Both the position numbers and the translations under genes were made by a program. Shown piece by piece: positions 47,472 to 57,054 of a stretch of DNA of 64,000 bases. Position 1 is the first letter of the stretch, and each line of letters starts with the position of its first letter. The notes under the pieces were generated by a model. It was not told where the DNA came from. It saw nothing but the letters and a program-made list of their open reading frames with translations, and ran no database searches. Source of the stretch: Candidatus Lutacidiplasma silvani (GTDB taxonomy: Archaea > Thermoplasmatota > Thermoplasmata > Lutacidiplasmatales > UBA184); contig JAKIVZ010000001.1 in assembly GCA_022750295.1 (NCBI GenBank), forward strand, positions 5,651 through 69,650, given 5' to 3'.

Positions 47472-49550
47472 CTAGCTGTGCAGCGTCCGGCGCGGGAGGT
47501 CGGTCCCGCAGCTATCGCACGTTTCGCGGATCGGCAGGTTGGAGGCGCCGCACGCCGGGCAGTTCTTCCGGCCGAGGAGCGTCCGGCTCGGGTCCGTTGG
47601 CGGGGCCCAGGGTGCGGCGGACCGGAGGGCGGCCGAGCGCCGGCGTCGGAATTCGCGGTATCCGACCGCGGCGACGATCGCGATGAGCAGGAGCAGCAGG
47701 AGGACGATCGCCCACAGGGGGACGAGCGGAGGCGGCGGCGGGGGAGCCGTGACCGCCACCGTCGCCACCGAGGTCGTGTTCGTCGCGCCGAGCGGGTCGG
47801 TCACGACGAGCGAGGTCGGAAAGGTACCGACGGTCCGAAACGCGTGGTCGACGACCGCGCCATCTCCCTTCGAGCCGTCGCCGAACGTCCAGGTGTAGTT
47901 GTACGGCCCGCCCGCGCCCCCCGTGGCGGTCGCGTTGAACGTGAGCGATTGCCCCGTCTCGGCGTTCGTCGGAACGGTCCGAACGGAGACGGAGACCGGG
48001 GCCACGGTCACGGCCACGACCGACCGGTTCGACGCCCCGTTCGAGTCGGTCACGACGACCGTCGCCGATTCGGTCCCCGCGGTGGCGAACGCGTGGGTGA
48101 CCGCCTTGCCGCTCGCCGTCCCACCGCCGGAGAACGTCCAGGCATACCGGGCGTACGTCCCCGAGCCGTTCTCCGCGTGGGCGTTCAGGTCGAGGACCGT
48201 GCCGGGGGCGGCGGCGACGGAGTTGGCACTTGCGCCCACCGACAGTCGCGGACTGACGTTGAGGGAGATCGGCTCGACGACCGTGGTGGTCGTGGCGTCG
48301 ACGACCGTGCACGTCGCGACGGTCGGACCCGTGGTGAGGTACGTGTGGTCGATCGAGCTTCCGGACCCGGAGGTCCCGTCCCCGAACGTCCACCCCACGG
48401 TGAACGACGGGGTTCCGAGCGACACCGAGCAGCCAAAGGCCACCGATTGGCCGACGTCGACGCGGGTCGCGTTCGACGTCACGTTGACGAACGGGGCTGT
48501 GTTGACGAGGATGGAGATCGCCGCGCTCGCCTCCGTGTGGGCATGGTCGGTCACGACGCAGTCGACGGTCGGGGTGCTCGCGTTCGCGTAACTCTCGCTC
48601 ACGCTCGACGGACCGGGGACCGAAGTGCCGTTGCCGAAGTCCCAGCTGAAGTTGTACGGGGAGACCCCACCGGACGGATTGCAGCTGAAGAGGTCGGGCT
48701 GGCCGGTGTCCACGACGTTCCGGTCGACCGAGAGCGACGAAGCGAGGGGGACGGGGACCCCGAAGGTGACCGCGTTCGATTCGGTCACGGCCGACTGGAC
48801 GGACCCGGTCCCGCAGCCGGCGAAGCAGTCGGTCGTGTTCAGGTAGAACGTGTAACCGAGGCCGCCCGAAAGGCCGGTGGCGGTGAACGTCCGCGTCCCG
48901 ACCGAGGAGATGCTCTGGACGAGCGACGGGGCGCCGCCGCCGACCTCTTCGTAGAGTCCGTAGGCGACGAATCCGAGGTCGCCCCCGTACGAGGCGTTGT
49001 TCGTCCAGTTGAATTCGGCCGACGACCCCGTCGGCTGGGTGACGTTGAGCGAGGCGAGTGCCGGCTGGGTGCTCTCGATCGAGTTGGAAGTTGAGCTGCA
49101 GAGGAACCCGGTCGCGGTGACCTCCCACCACGCGCTCGCCCCCGGTGTCATCTCGCCCGTGGACCAGGACGTCGTGGTGTCGACCGTGATGGTGGCCACC
49201 CCCTGCCAGGGGCCGCCGGCGCCCGAGGTGGACTCGTCGACCGCGTAGCTGGTAAAGCCGGTTTCGCAGTCCTCGGTCCAGCTCAGGGCCAGCGCCGACG
49301 GCGAGGTCCCGGCGAGCGAGAGGGTCACCGCCGCCGCCGGACGGACACTCGAGTCGGCCGGGGCCGGGAGCGAGGAGAGCCGGGAAGCCGAAGCGGTTCC
49401 CGTCGTCTCGGCCGACCTCAGGGCCGAACCCGCGTTCGCTTCCCGAGTCGGCGGAGCCGTCCCGATCGACGCCACCAGTCCGGCGGTGACGACGGTGAGA
49501 ACGACGAAGATCGACGCGAGGACAAGCCCGGTGCGCGTTTGGCGTGACAT
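47472..49550 (-). CDS. secreted surface protein: FN3-like plus PKD domains, TM segment and cytoplasmic zinc-ribbon tail
   Basis: Signal anchor MSRQTRTGLVLASIFVVLTVV. Two FN3-like modules, four PKD modules (WDFGNGTS / TFGDGTSG motifs), a TM helix LWAIVLLLLLLIAIVAAV, then CPACGASN…CDSCG. ATG verified at 49548–49550. Confidence 0.55.
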   Translation of the reverse strand: MSRQTRTGLVLASIFVVLTVVTAGLVASIGTAPPTREANAGSALRSAETTGTASASRLSSLPAPADSSVRPAAAVTLSLAGTSPSALALSWTEDCETGFTSYAVDESTSGAGGPWQGVATITVDTTTSWSTGEMTPGASAWWEVTATGFLCSSTSNSIESTQPALASLNVTQPTGSSAEFNWTNNASYGGDLGFVAYGLYEEVGGGAPSLVQSISSVGTRTFTATGLSGGLGYTFYLNTTDCFAGCGTGSVQSAVTESNAVTFGVPVPLASSLSVDRNVVDTGQPDLFSCNPSGGVSPYNFSWDFGNGTSVPGPSSVSESYANASTPTVDCVVTDHAHTEASAAISILVNTAPFVNVTSNATRVDVGQSVAFGCSVSLGTPSFTVGWTFGDGTSGSGSSIDHTYLTTGPTVATCTVVDATTTTVVEPISLNVSPRLSVGASANSVAAAPGTVLDLNAHAENGSGTYARYAWTFSGGGTASGKAVTHAFATAGTESATVVVTDSNGASNRSVVAVTVAPVSVSVRTVPTNAETGQSLTFNATATGGAGGPYNYTWTFGDGSKGDGAVVDHAFRTVGTFPTSLVVTDPLGATNTTSVATVAVTAPPPPPPLVPLWAIVLLLLLLIAIVAAVGYREFRRRRSAALRSAAPWAPPTDPSRTLLGRKNCPACGASNLPIRETCDSCGTDLPRRTLHS

Positions 49551-49725
49551 CGAAGTGCCGAACCTCCGACTCCCCCCGCGGGGACCCGGCACTTTCGAGA
49601 TTTGCCGAATCCGCGTTGATAAAGATTGTGTCGGCGCAGGCGGTCCGGACGACCGGGTCTCACGCGACCCGCCATCCGACCGACCCGGGCGGGGGGAGCG
49701 GGCGCTCCCCTGCGGGCGGAGGCCG

Positions 49726-50670
49726 CTAGATCGTCAGAACCGTCTTGCCGCGGAGCTTCCCTTCTCGGCTCGCGTCGAGGACGTCCGGAGCGGAATCGAG
49801 CGGGACCTTCTGTTCGACGGGGACCCGGAGCATTCCCTTGGAGAACTCCGCCGAAAGCCGGTCGAGCAGGGCGGTGCTGGGGTGCAGGTCGATGTTCAAG
49901 CCCCGAAGCCCCCGAGATCCCGCGACCGCCTCGGTCGCCGCCCCGATCGTCGAGGCGACCGTTCCCCCGGCCCGGACGAGTCCGAGGTACGACTCGAACT
50001 CTTCGCCTTGGTGCGCCAGGTCCAGGATCGCATCGACTCCGTCGGGGTAGCTTCGCTTCACGTCGTCCCGGAACGCCATCGCGGACGCGTCGAAGAACCG
50101 GGAGGCGCCGAGCTTGTGGAGGTAATCCTGGTTCGCCCCCCGCGACGCGGCAATCGTCGTGATCCCCTGGTTCGCGGCGAGCTGGACCGCGAACGACCCC
50201 ACGCCGCCCGAGGCGCCCAGAATGAGGAGGGACTGCCGCTTCTTGAGACCGATCTCGTCGAGGGCGTGGAGTGCGGTCATCCCGGGCGTCGGGATCGCCG
50301 CGGCGGGCTCGTTGTACATTCCGCGAGGACGTACCGCGATGCCGAGCGATTCCGGCGCGACGACATACTCCGCGTAGGTGCCGCGGCCCACGGGCGCGTG
50401 GAAGAATTGACCGAACACGCCGTCGTTCACTTTGAGACGGGTCACGCCCGGACCGACGGCGTCCACCGATCCGGCGCCATCGACGCCGAGGATGAGCGGG
50501 AACTCGTGCGGCATCTTCCCGTCGAACCGGCCGTCGGCGATCTTCCAATCGAACGGGTTGACCCCCGCGGCGCCCAGGTGGACGAGGACCTCCCCTTCGC
50601 CCGGTTCGGGCTTGGGCAGCTCCATCCGCTCCGGTCGGTCCCCGAACTTTCGAATGGCGACGGCTCGCAT
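49726..50670 (-). CDS. NADPH:quinone oxidoreductase / zinc-independent MDR-family oxidoreductase
   Basis: …HLGAAGVNPFDWK…, LILGASGGVGSFAVQLA cofactor motif; 314 aa. Confidence 0.75.
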   Translation of the reverse strand: MRAVAIRKFGDRPERMELPKPEPGEGEVLVHLGAAGVNPFDWKIADGRFDGKMPHEFPLILGVDGAGSVDAVGPGVTRLKVNDGVFGQFFHAPVGRGTYAEYVVAPESLGIAVRPRGMYNEPAAAIPTPGMTALHALDEIGLKKRQSLLILGASGGVGSFAVQLAANQGITTIAASRGANQDYLHKLGASRFFDASAMAFRDDVKRSYPDGVDAILDLAHQGEEFESYLGLVRAGGTVASTIGAATEAVAGSRGLRGLNIDLHPSTALLDRLSAEFSKGMLRVPVEQKVPLDSAPDVLDASREGKLRGKTVLTI

Positions 50671-50746
50671 CGTCCGTCCCGACGCCGCGGCCGCCTTTCA
50701 AGGGTCCGCCCTTTCGCCGAAGACGCGTCGACTCCGGTTGGGGACG

Positions 50747-51190
50747 TTACGGGGGCGGCGGGCCGCGGCCCAGGTCGTTCATGATTTGCTGGTACTGCTC
50801 GCGGGTGATCTCGCCACGGGCGTACCGCATCCGCGCGACGCGGGCCGGGCCCAAGTCGCCGCCACGGCGGCCTCCCCCGCGGCCCCCGTACTGGCTGGCT
50901 CGCATCCCCCAGAACGCAACGCGGACGATGAAGAACACGAGAATCAGGACGAAGAAGAGGGCGAAGACGCCCCCGAACAGTCCGAACCTGACGGGGGTCT
51001 GGGAGGGGCCGACCCCGAACGTGGACGGGCTCGCGACGAGGAGCAGCAGGACCACCACGATTCCGATGAACACGAGCGCAATCACGAGCGGGATCCACCG
51101 GCGCCGCCGAGGGGCCGGGTACGTCCCCATTCCCCGCGGGCGGTAGTACGGTCCGGGGTCGCTCACCGGGGCCTCCGACGGGAAACGCAC
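50747..51190 (-). CDS. SHOCT-domain membrane protein
   Basis: Two TM helices then a C-terminal …YARGEITREQYQQIMNDL… SHOCT motif. Confidence 0.5.
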   Translation of the reverse strand: MRFPSEAPVSDPGPYYRPRGMGTYPAPRRRRWIPLVIALVFIGIVVVLLLLVASPSTFGVGPSQTPVRFGLFGGVFALFFVLILVFFIVRVAFWGMRASQYGGRGGGRRGGDLGPARVARMRYARGEITREQYQQIMNDLGRGPPPP

Positions 51191-51341
51191 GGCCCCGGGT
51201 TAAGAACTGTCGTCTCGCAAAGCGGGTCCGACCGGTTCGGTCGGGAACTCGAAGCCCGCGGGCCAAAGGCCCCCCCCTCCGTCGCCCGATCGGCCGATAC
51301 CTACCGCCTCGGGAAAAACGGCCGCCCGGTCCCACGCCCCG

Positions 51342-54050
51342 ATGGCCGCGACCGACCCCGACGCTCCGGTGCGGGCCGACGACGGCTCCCCCGAGCTCCC
51401 GCTTCCGCTCTTCGAGCAGCGGCCGGCGGCGATCCAGTTCCTGGACCGGGCGGAGGAGGCGGTCCGGTCCCGGCTCGTCCAACGTCGATGGCTGCGGCGG
51501 ATCTTCCAGCTCGACCGGGACTGGATGACGCGGATCACGATGCTGATGGTGATCGCCTCGGTCGTCTGGGGGATCCTCGGCGCCGCGGACATCTTCGACT
51601 GGCGGACGCAGGTCACCGCCTACGCGCTCGGCCAGACGCTTTCGCTCTCGAACCAGGAGGCGTACGCCTCGATCACCCTCCACGGGATCCGGATGCTGTT
51701 CGGCTTCGCCCAACAACTCGAACTCGCTCTCTTCGGGATCATTTTCGTGACCGCGTTCGGCGTCGCGCCGCGCCACAAGTGGGCGTACTACCTCTCGGTG
51801 TTCCTGTTCAACCTGAGCCTCGTGCTGATGGAGGGGCCATTCTACCTCCTCCCCCAATTCAACGACAATTATTTTCCGGCGCTCGGTTGGTACTTCTACT
51901 CGCCCCTCGGAATCCGCGGCCTCTCGGAGTACGTCGCGAGTCCCCTCTGGTACCTCGGCTGGATCCTCCTCAGCGTCGCCGCGATCCTCTGGGCGGCGTG
52001 GATGCTGGTCCACTTCCTCGAATGGTGGCGGGGGCACCGCGGCGCCGTCCGACGGGTTCCGCCGTTCGCCATGTACGTCCTCGCGGCGGTGATCCTGATC
52101 CCGCTGTCGTACGTCACGGTCCTCGCGTCGTCGGCGTGGGACCTTCTGAACTACTTCGGCATGGGGCCGGTGAGCCCGCTGCTGAACCAGGTCCTGTTCT
52201 GGTTCTTCGGCCACGGGATCGTGTACATCCTGTTCCTGATCCCGATCACGGCGTTCTACTTCCTCGTCCCCGTCTTCGCCCAGCGGCCGATCTACAGCTA
52301 CCGGGCCGCGTTCGCCGGGGCGGCCTTGTTCACGATCGTCACTCCGCTCATCGGGATCCACCACCTGTACCTCACCCCCGTGCCGCCGTGGGCCGCGTGG
52401 CTCACGATGGCGTTCACGTTCCTGATCATCATCCCGACCGCGGTCAGCCTGTTCACGATCTGGCTCACCCTGAAGGGCGTGCGCCGCGGGGATTGGCCGT
52501 GGAACGCGGTCACGCTGTTCCTCCTGCTCGCGTTCGGGGGGACCGTGGCCGGGGGGCTCACCGGCCCGGACAGCAACAACGTCGCGTTCGACATCGACCT
52601 CCACAACACGCTCTTCGTCGTGAGCCACTTCCACGCGATCGCGCTCCTCTCAATCGTCGCCGGCGGGTTCGCCGTCGTCTATGCCACGTTCCCGCTCCTG
52701 ACCGGCCGGCTCTGGTACTCGCCGCGGCTCGCGCAGGCCCACTTCGCGACGTCCGCCATCGGATGGAGCGGCCTCGTGACGTTCATGGGGATCCTCGGCT
52801 CCGACGGCCTCCTCCGACGTTCGCTCACGTTCCCGCTCACGAACTCGATCGTGAACGACCAGGTCGGGCTCACGGTGTTCGTTGTCGTCGCGATCGGCGC
52901 GCAGCTGTTCTTCGTCGCCAACGCGCTTCTCACCATGTTCCGCGGAGAGCGGCTCGTCGTCCGGGGGCTCTCGCTCGACGAGATCGTGCGGACGATCGCG
53001 CGGTCGACGGAGCCCCGGCCCAAGGTCCCGGTCACGGACGTTCCGTTCACTCGCCGGATTCCCCGGTCCGTTCGGGAGCGGGCCGAACGGTCGTGGTCGG
53101 TCGTCCTTGCGGTCCTCCTCGTCGGGGTCCTGATCGCGACGTCCCCGCTCGCGATCTCCGATTCGACGCAGATCGGGTCCCCGTCGCACCCGCCGGCCGG
53201 GGCCGAGTTCGTGAACCTCGTCAACCACCAGTACTACTGGGAGGTCCACGAGAACGGACCGGTCGTCGGCTCCTACTCGGACCTCGTGGTCGTGCACGCC
53301 GGCCAGTGGATCGCCGTGAATGCGACCGCCGACGGCGCGACCGGCGGATTCTACCTGCCGTTCCGAAACCTCCCGGTCGTGAACATCCAGGTGATCCCCG
53401 GTTCGATGTCGTACTGGCTCTTCCAGGCCCCCTCGGTCCCCGGGGTCTACGGGGCCCCGGACTCGGAGTACAACGGGCCCTGGTTCGGCCAGGACGCCGC
53501 CGCGCTCGTCGTCCTCCCCGCCGCGGGAACGCCGGGGTTCCCGGCGCTCCCGTCGAACGCCGGCGCCGGTGACCTCTACGACCCCCCCATCCTCGCCGCC
53601 CGCGGCGCGTCGCTCGCGGCCGACCAGGAGGGGCTGTTCGACAACTCGGCCCCCGGGCCGACGCTCACCGCTTCGGCCGGTCCCGTGACGTTCGGGTGGG
53701 ACGTCCCGATGTCGAGCATCGGGATCGACAATTATCTCGTCAACGTCACCTCGACCGCGCCGAACGGCCAGCAGCAGTTCGTGGCCGCCCACGGGGACAC
53801 GCTGCCATACGAGTTCGGGATCTATTCGGTGAACCTGACGGGCGCCGGACTCGTCCCCGTCACCACCCAACCGCTCCACATCGGGTCCGAGCGCAATGAG
53901 ACCGCGACGCTTTCGGCGGGGCTCTACGAGTACGGGCTCACCACGCCGGTCTCGTACGTCTACGACCCGGACGGCGAGTCGAACTGGATGACCGGTTCCC
54001 AGGCCGGGATGGTGCAGGGGCTCTGGGGCGTCCTCTGGGTGGGGCCATGA
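51342..54050 (+). CDS. heme-copper oxidase subunit I fused to a CuA-less subunit II-like domain (putative quinol oxidase)
   Basis: All six canonical His ligands are present: helix II …TLHGIRMLFGF, helix VI WFFGHGIVYILF (H…Y pair, no Glu), helix VII GIHHLY, helix X SHFHAIAL. An extra TM follows, then a cupredoxin-like domain starting HQYYWEVHE (subunit II signature) in which the CuA Cys/His/Met ligands are replaced (…YGAPDSEYNGPWFGQ…). Confidence 0.75.
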   Translation: MAATDPDAPVRADDGSPELPLPLFEQRPAAIQFLDRAEEAVRSRLVQRRWLRRIFQLDRDWMTRITMLMVIASVVWGILGAADIFDWRTQVTAYALGQTLSLSNQEAYASITLHGIRMLFGFAQQLELALFGIIFVTAFGVAPRHKWAYYLSVFLFNLSLVLMEGPFYLLPQFNDNYFPALGWYFYSPLGIRGLSEYVASPLWYLGWILLSVAAILWAAWMLVHFLEWWRGHRGAVRRVPPFAMYVLAAVILIPLSYVTVLASSAWDLLNYFGMGPVSPLLNQVLFWFFGHGIVYILFLIPITAFYFLVPVFAQRPIYSYRAAFAGAALFTIVTPLIGIHHLYLTPVPPWAAWLTMAFTFLIIIPTAVSLFTIWLTLKGVRRGDWPWNAVTLFLLLAFGGTVAGGLTGPDSNNVAFDIDLHNTLFVVSHFHAIALLSIVAGGFAVVYATFPLLTGRLWYSPRLAQAHFATSAIGWSGLVTFMGILGSDGLLRRSLTFPLTNSIVNDQVGLTVFVVVAIGAQLFFVANALLTMFRGERLVVRGLSLDEIVRTIARSTEPRPKVPVTDVPFTRRIPRSVRERAERSWSVVLAVLLVGVLIATSPLAISDSTQIGSPSHPPAGAEFVNLVNHQYYWEVHENGPVVGSYSDLVVVHAGQWIAVNATADGATGGFYLPFRNLPVVNIQVIPGSMSYWLFQAPSVPGVYGAPDSEYNGPWFGQDAAALVVLPAAGTPGFPALPSNAGAGDLYDPPILAARGASLAADQEGLFDNSAPGPTLTASAGPVTFGWDVPMSSIGIDNYLVNVTSTAPNGQQQFVAAHGDTLPYEFGIYSVNLTGAGLVPVTTQPLHIGSERNETATLSAGLYEYGLTTPVSYVYDPDGESNWMTGSQAGMVQGLWGVLWVGP

Positions 54051-54262
54051 GCGAGCGGGCGTCGTCGGCCGACCGGGGCCTCACGCCGTTCACCTGGTTC
54101 GGCATCGCCCTCGTCGTCGGCGCGGCGTTCGCGATCTACATGGGGCTCTCGTACGAGGCGATCCCGAACTTCACGACGGCCGACTTTCCGACGATCGCCG
54201 GGATCACGATCGCCGTGGTCGCGTTCCTCGTCATCGGGTCCCGGGCGCCCCCGAACGAGTAG
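54047..54262 (+). CDS. small two-helix membrane protein (possible oxidase accessory subunit)
   Basis: 71 aa with 2 TM helices. ATG overlaps the oxidase TGA stop (ATGA). Confidence 0.4.
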   Translation: MSERASSADRGLTPFTWFGIALVVGAAFAIYMGLSYEAIPNFTTADFPTIAGITIAVVAFLVIGSRAPPNE

Positions 54263-54339
54263 GGAGTTCGGGGTCCGTCCCGCCCGAACCTCGCCCGCGT
54301 CCGATTTGAACTCCGGGGTCCCTCCCCCGGGCGACACCG

Positions 54340-54795
54340 ATGGCCGGTCAGATCCTCGCGTGCGTCGACCCGTCGCCTGCCGGCGAGCGGGCGTGCGCGG
54401 CGGCGATCGAGATGGCGGTCCGGTTCGGGCGGCCCCTCACCCTGGTCACGGTCCTTCCCGGGAGCGAGAAAGACTCCCACCCCGACCTCGACCGACTCGT
54501 GCCGATGCAGTCGGGAGGCCGGTCGATCCACCAGATGCTGGAGGAGGCGCAGGCCGAGGCGCTGAAGAAAGGGGTTCCGGCCGCCGAGATCGTCTACCTG
54601 CGGGGCAACGTGTTCGAGGCCCTGATGGCGTACCTCGAACCTTCGCCGCCCGACCTCGTCGTCGTCGGGACCCGTGGTCGGTCGCGGGGAAGCCGGATTC
54701 TGCTCGGGAGCGTCTCGAGCCGTCTTGTCACCGAGGCGCCGTGCCCCGTCCTGGTGGTCCGAACGGTCCGGAAACCCGGCGGGAAAGCGATCTAG
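54340..54795 (+). CDS. universal stress protein (UspA family)
   Basis: …ILACVDPSP…, …DLVVVGTRGRSRGSRILLGSVSSRLVTEAPCPVLVV… is the typical Usp ATP-binding motif. Confidence 0.75.
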   Translation: MAGQILACVDPSPAGERACAAAIEMAVRFGRPLTLVTVLPGSEKDSHPDLDRLVPMQSGGRSIHQMLEEAQAEALKKGVPAAEIVYLRGNVFEALMAYLEPSPPDLVVVGTRGRSRGSRILLGSVSSRLVTEAPCPVLVVRTVRKPGGKAI

Positions 54796-55324
54796 CGCGA
54801 CCGGCCCTCGAGCCTCTCCAGGCGCGCGAAGGATCGCCTCCCCCGGAATGTCGGCCGTTCCCCGCGGGCGGGAAGAAATACTCCGGACCGCTCCGCGGGC
54901 CGGGTCCGGAGGAGCGGCGCGGAGGAAGCGAGCGCCGTCGATCTTCCGGTCAAGCTGGGGCTCCGCCCGGCGAGCCGGGTTCGGTTCGTTCGGGATCCCG
55001 CGGACCTCCGAGCTTCGCTCCGTTCGGCCGTGCGGTCGTGCGTCGTCGTCCGAGACTCGGGCGTGCCGCTGGATTTCATTCTGGCCGTCGTGCGGTCGCG
55101 TCGTGCGGCGATCGGGGAGCTGGATCGGGCGCTGCTCCGGCTGGCTCCGTCGGGCATGGTCGGGTTCGCCTGGCCCAAGAAGAGCGGGGGCCTCCGGACC
55201 GATCTCAACGACGCCGTCGTGCGGCGCCTCGGACTCGCGACCGGTTTGGTGGACGTGAAGGTGGGCCCCCTCGACCCGACCTGGTCGGCGCTGAAGTTCG
55301 TCCGCCGACTTGCGGACCGAGCCT

Positions 55325-55356
55325 CGGGGAAGGAGGGGAAGGAGGGGAAGGAGGGG
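55325..55356. repeat. 9-bp tandem repeat (GGGGAAGGA) x about 3.5
   Basis: Direct inspection: ggggaagga ggggaagga ggggaagga gggga. Would encode (GKE)n in a + strand ORF of doubtful reality. Confidence 0.8.
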
Positions 55357-55412
55357 ACGAGGTCGGCGGCACGGTCCGGGGACCGCCGGGTCCCGAGGAC
55401 CCGGTCGGTGGA

Positions 55413-56084
55413 CTACGGCGCCTTGGCAAGACGATTGATCTCCCGGGTCCCCAGAAGATGGGTCGGGGCGCCGTGCGCGGCGACCCGAATCATTGCCCGG
55501 CCCATCGACTCGGTGGTCGTCATCGAGTCCGGGGAGATCGCAGCCGCGACCAGGACGAACGGGAGAAGCACGGCGTACAGGACCCGGTAGATCCGCGACC
55601 TCGACCGGATCCCGTCCTTCGCCCGGATGACCCCCGGTCGAAACATGTACGCCCCCCGGAACGGAAGTCGGAGGAGGGCGTTCTCCGTCTGGCCCTTCAC
55701 GCGGGCCCACATCGCTCGCCCGTGCTCGGTGCTGTCGGTCCCGGCCCCGGAAACGTAGACGAACGACATCGCCGGGTTCAGTCGAACGAGGGTCTGGGCG
55801 ACCGAGGTCGTCAGGTCGAACGTGACCTTCCGATAGTCGACCTCCGACATCCCGGCCGACGAGACCCCGAGGCAGAAGAAGCACGCATCGTACCCGCGGA
55901 GCCGGTCTTCGACCTGCGCCAGGTCGGTCAGGTCCGGTTGGACGAGCTCCTCGAGCTTCGGGTCGGTCCGACCGGTCGGGCTCCGGCCGAGGGAGAGCAC
56001 GCGTTCGACCCGGGGGTCGCGCAGGCACTCGAGGAGGACCCCTTGGCCGACCATTCCAGTCGCGCCCGTCACGAGGACCTTCAT
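55413..56084 (-). CDS. NAD(P)H-binding domain protein (atypical SDR / NmrA-YbjT-like)
   Basis: MKVLVTGATGMVGQ Rossmann motif; 223 aa. ATG verified at 56082–56084 and overlaps the GNAT stop (ATGA). Confidence 0.65.
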   Translation of the reverse strand: MKVLVTGATGMVGQGVLLECLRDPRVERVLSLGRSPTGRTDPKLEELVQPDLTDLAQVEDRLRGYDACFFCLGVSSAGMSEVDYRKVTFDLTTSVAQTLVRLNPAMSFVYVSGAGTDSTEHGRAMWARVKGQTENALLRLPFRGAYMFRPGVIRAKDGIRSRSRIYRVLYAVLLPFVLVAAAISPDSMTTTESMGRAMIRVAAHGAPTHLLGTREINRLAKAP

Positions 56085-56677
56085 GACCGGCGCGTGCCGC
56101 CGCGCCCCTTCAATCCATCGGCGCGGGGGGTCGAACGGGACCGCTCGGATCGGGCGTCCAAGCGGAGCCCGAACAGAGCCTCGTCGCCGATGATCCGCAT
56201 CCGGCTTCGCAGGCCCCACGCGCCCAGTCCGCCGTCCCTCCAGCCCGTTTCCTTCCGCTCGGTTTTCCGGAACCCCCTCGACCGGATCAGAGCGATCGAG
56301 GCGCGGTTCTCGGGCTCGGCGACGGCGTACACGACGAGAACCCCCTGACGCCGAAACCACCCGATGGCATCGTCGAACAGCGTCGCGCCGATCCCCCATC
56401 GGCGGAAGTTCGTGCCGACGAAGAGGTAGGAGACGTATCCGACCTCGGGAACGAGTCGCTCCAGAAGCGCAGCTCCCGCGACCACCCCGTCCCAGTCGGC
56501 GACGCGGACCCGTTCGATCTCCAGGAGGGTGCGCTTGGCGTGCCACCGATAGTATCCCGTGAACGATTCCTTCAGGATCGGCAGGACGTCGGGGCGGGCG
56601 TCTCCGGAGATTTCTCGGAGCCGAATCTCGGCCGGGGGAGTAGACCGGCGAGACGCGACGACGGACCGACTCGTCAT
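56081..56677 (-). CDS. GNAT-family N-acetyltransferase
   Basis: …YLFVGTNFRRWGIGATLFDDAIGWFRRQG… acetyl-CoA-binding motif (R/Q-x-x-G-x-G/A). Confidence 0.6.
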   Translation of the reverse strand: MTSRSVVASRRSTPPAEIRLREISGDARPDVLPILKESFTGYYRWHAKRTLLEIERVRVADWDGVVAGAALLERLVPEVGYVSYLFVGTNFRRWGIGATLFDDAIGWFRRQGVLVVYAVAEPENRASIALIRSRGFRKTERKETGWRDGGLGAWGLRSRMRIIGDEALFGLRLDARSERSRSTPRADGLKGRGGTRRS

Positions 56678-57019
56678 CGAAGGCCTACCGGCGAGGTTCT
56701 CGCCGGCGGGGCCGACCGGCCCGTTTCCCGCCAATCGGTCTCTTCACGGCTTCTTGTCGGGGAGAGGAGTCCGGACCGAGCGGAGGGCCCTCCGGAGCCG
56801 GAGCTCGCGGGTCCAAGGTTCCGCCCGGGCGACGGCTCGAAGGGCCGCCTCCATCGGGGGAGCGACATTCTCTCCCCGGAACGCAATTGCCCCGATAGTC
56901 TCTCTGCCCGGAGCCGACGGACGGAGCGCTCGGATCGACTCCACGGCCCGGAAGAAGGTGACCTCGCGCCGTCGGGCCCAGGGGCGACGGCGTGCGCCGA
57001 CGGTCCTCAGGACAATAGA

Positions 57020-57030
57020 TGCATTTATCC
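57020..57030 (+). promoter_or_regulatory. TATA-like box upstream of the surface-protein gene
   Basis: atgcatttatc about 27–35 bp upstream of the ATG at 57055, inside a short AT-rich island. Confidence 0.4.
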
Positions 57031-57054
57031 CCTGATTTCCGTTCGAAGAAATCG

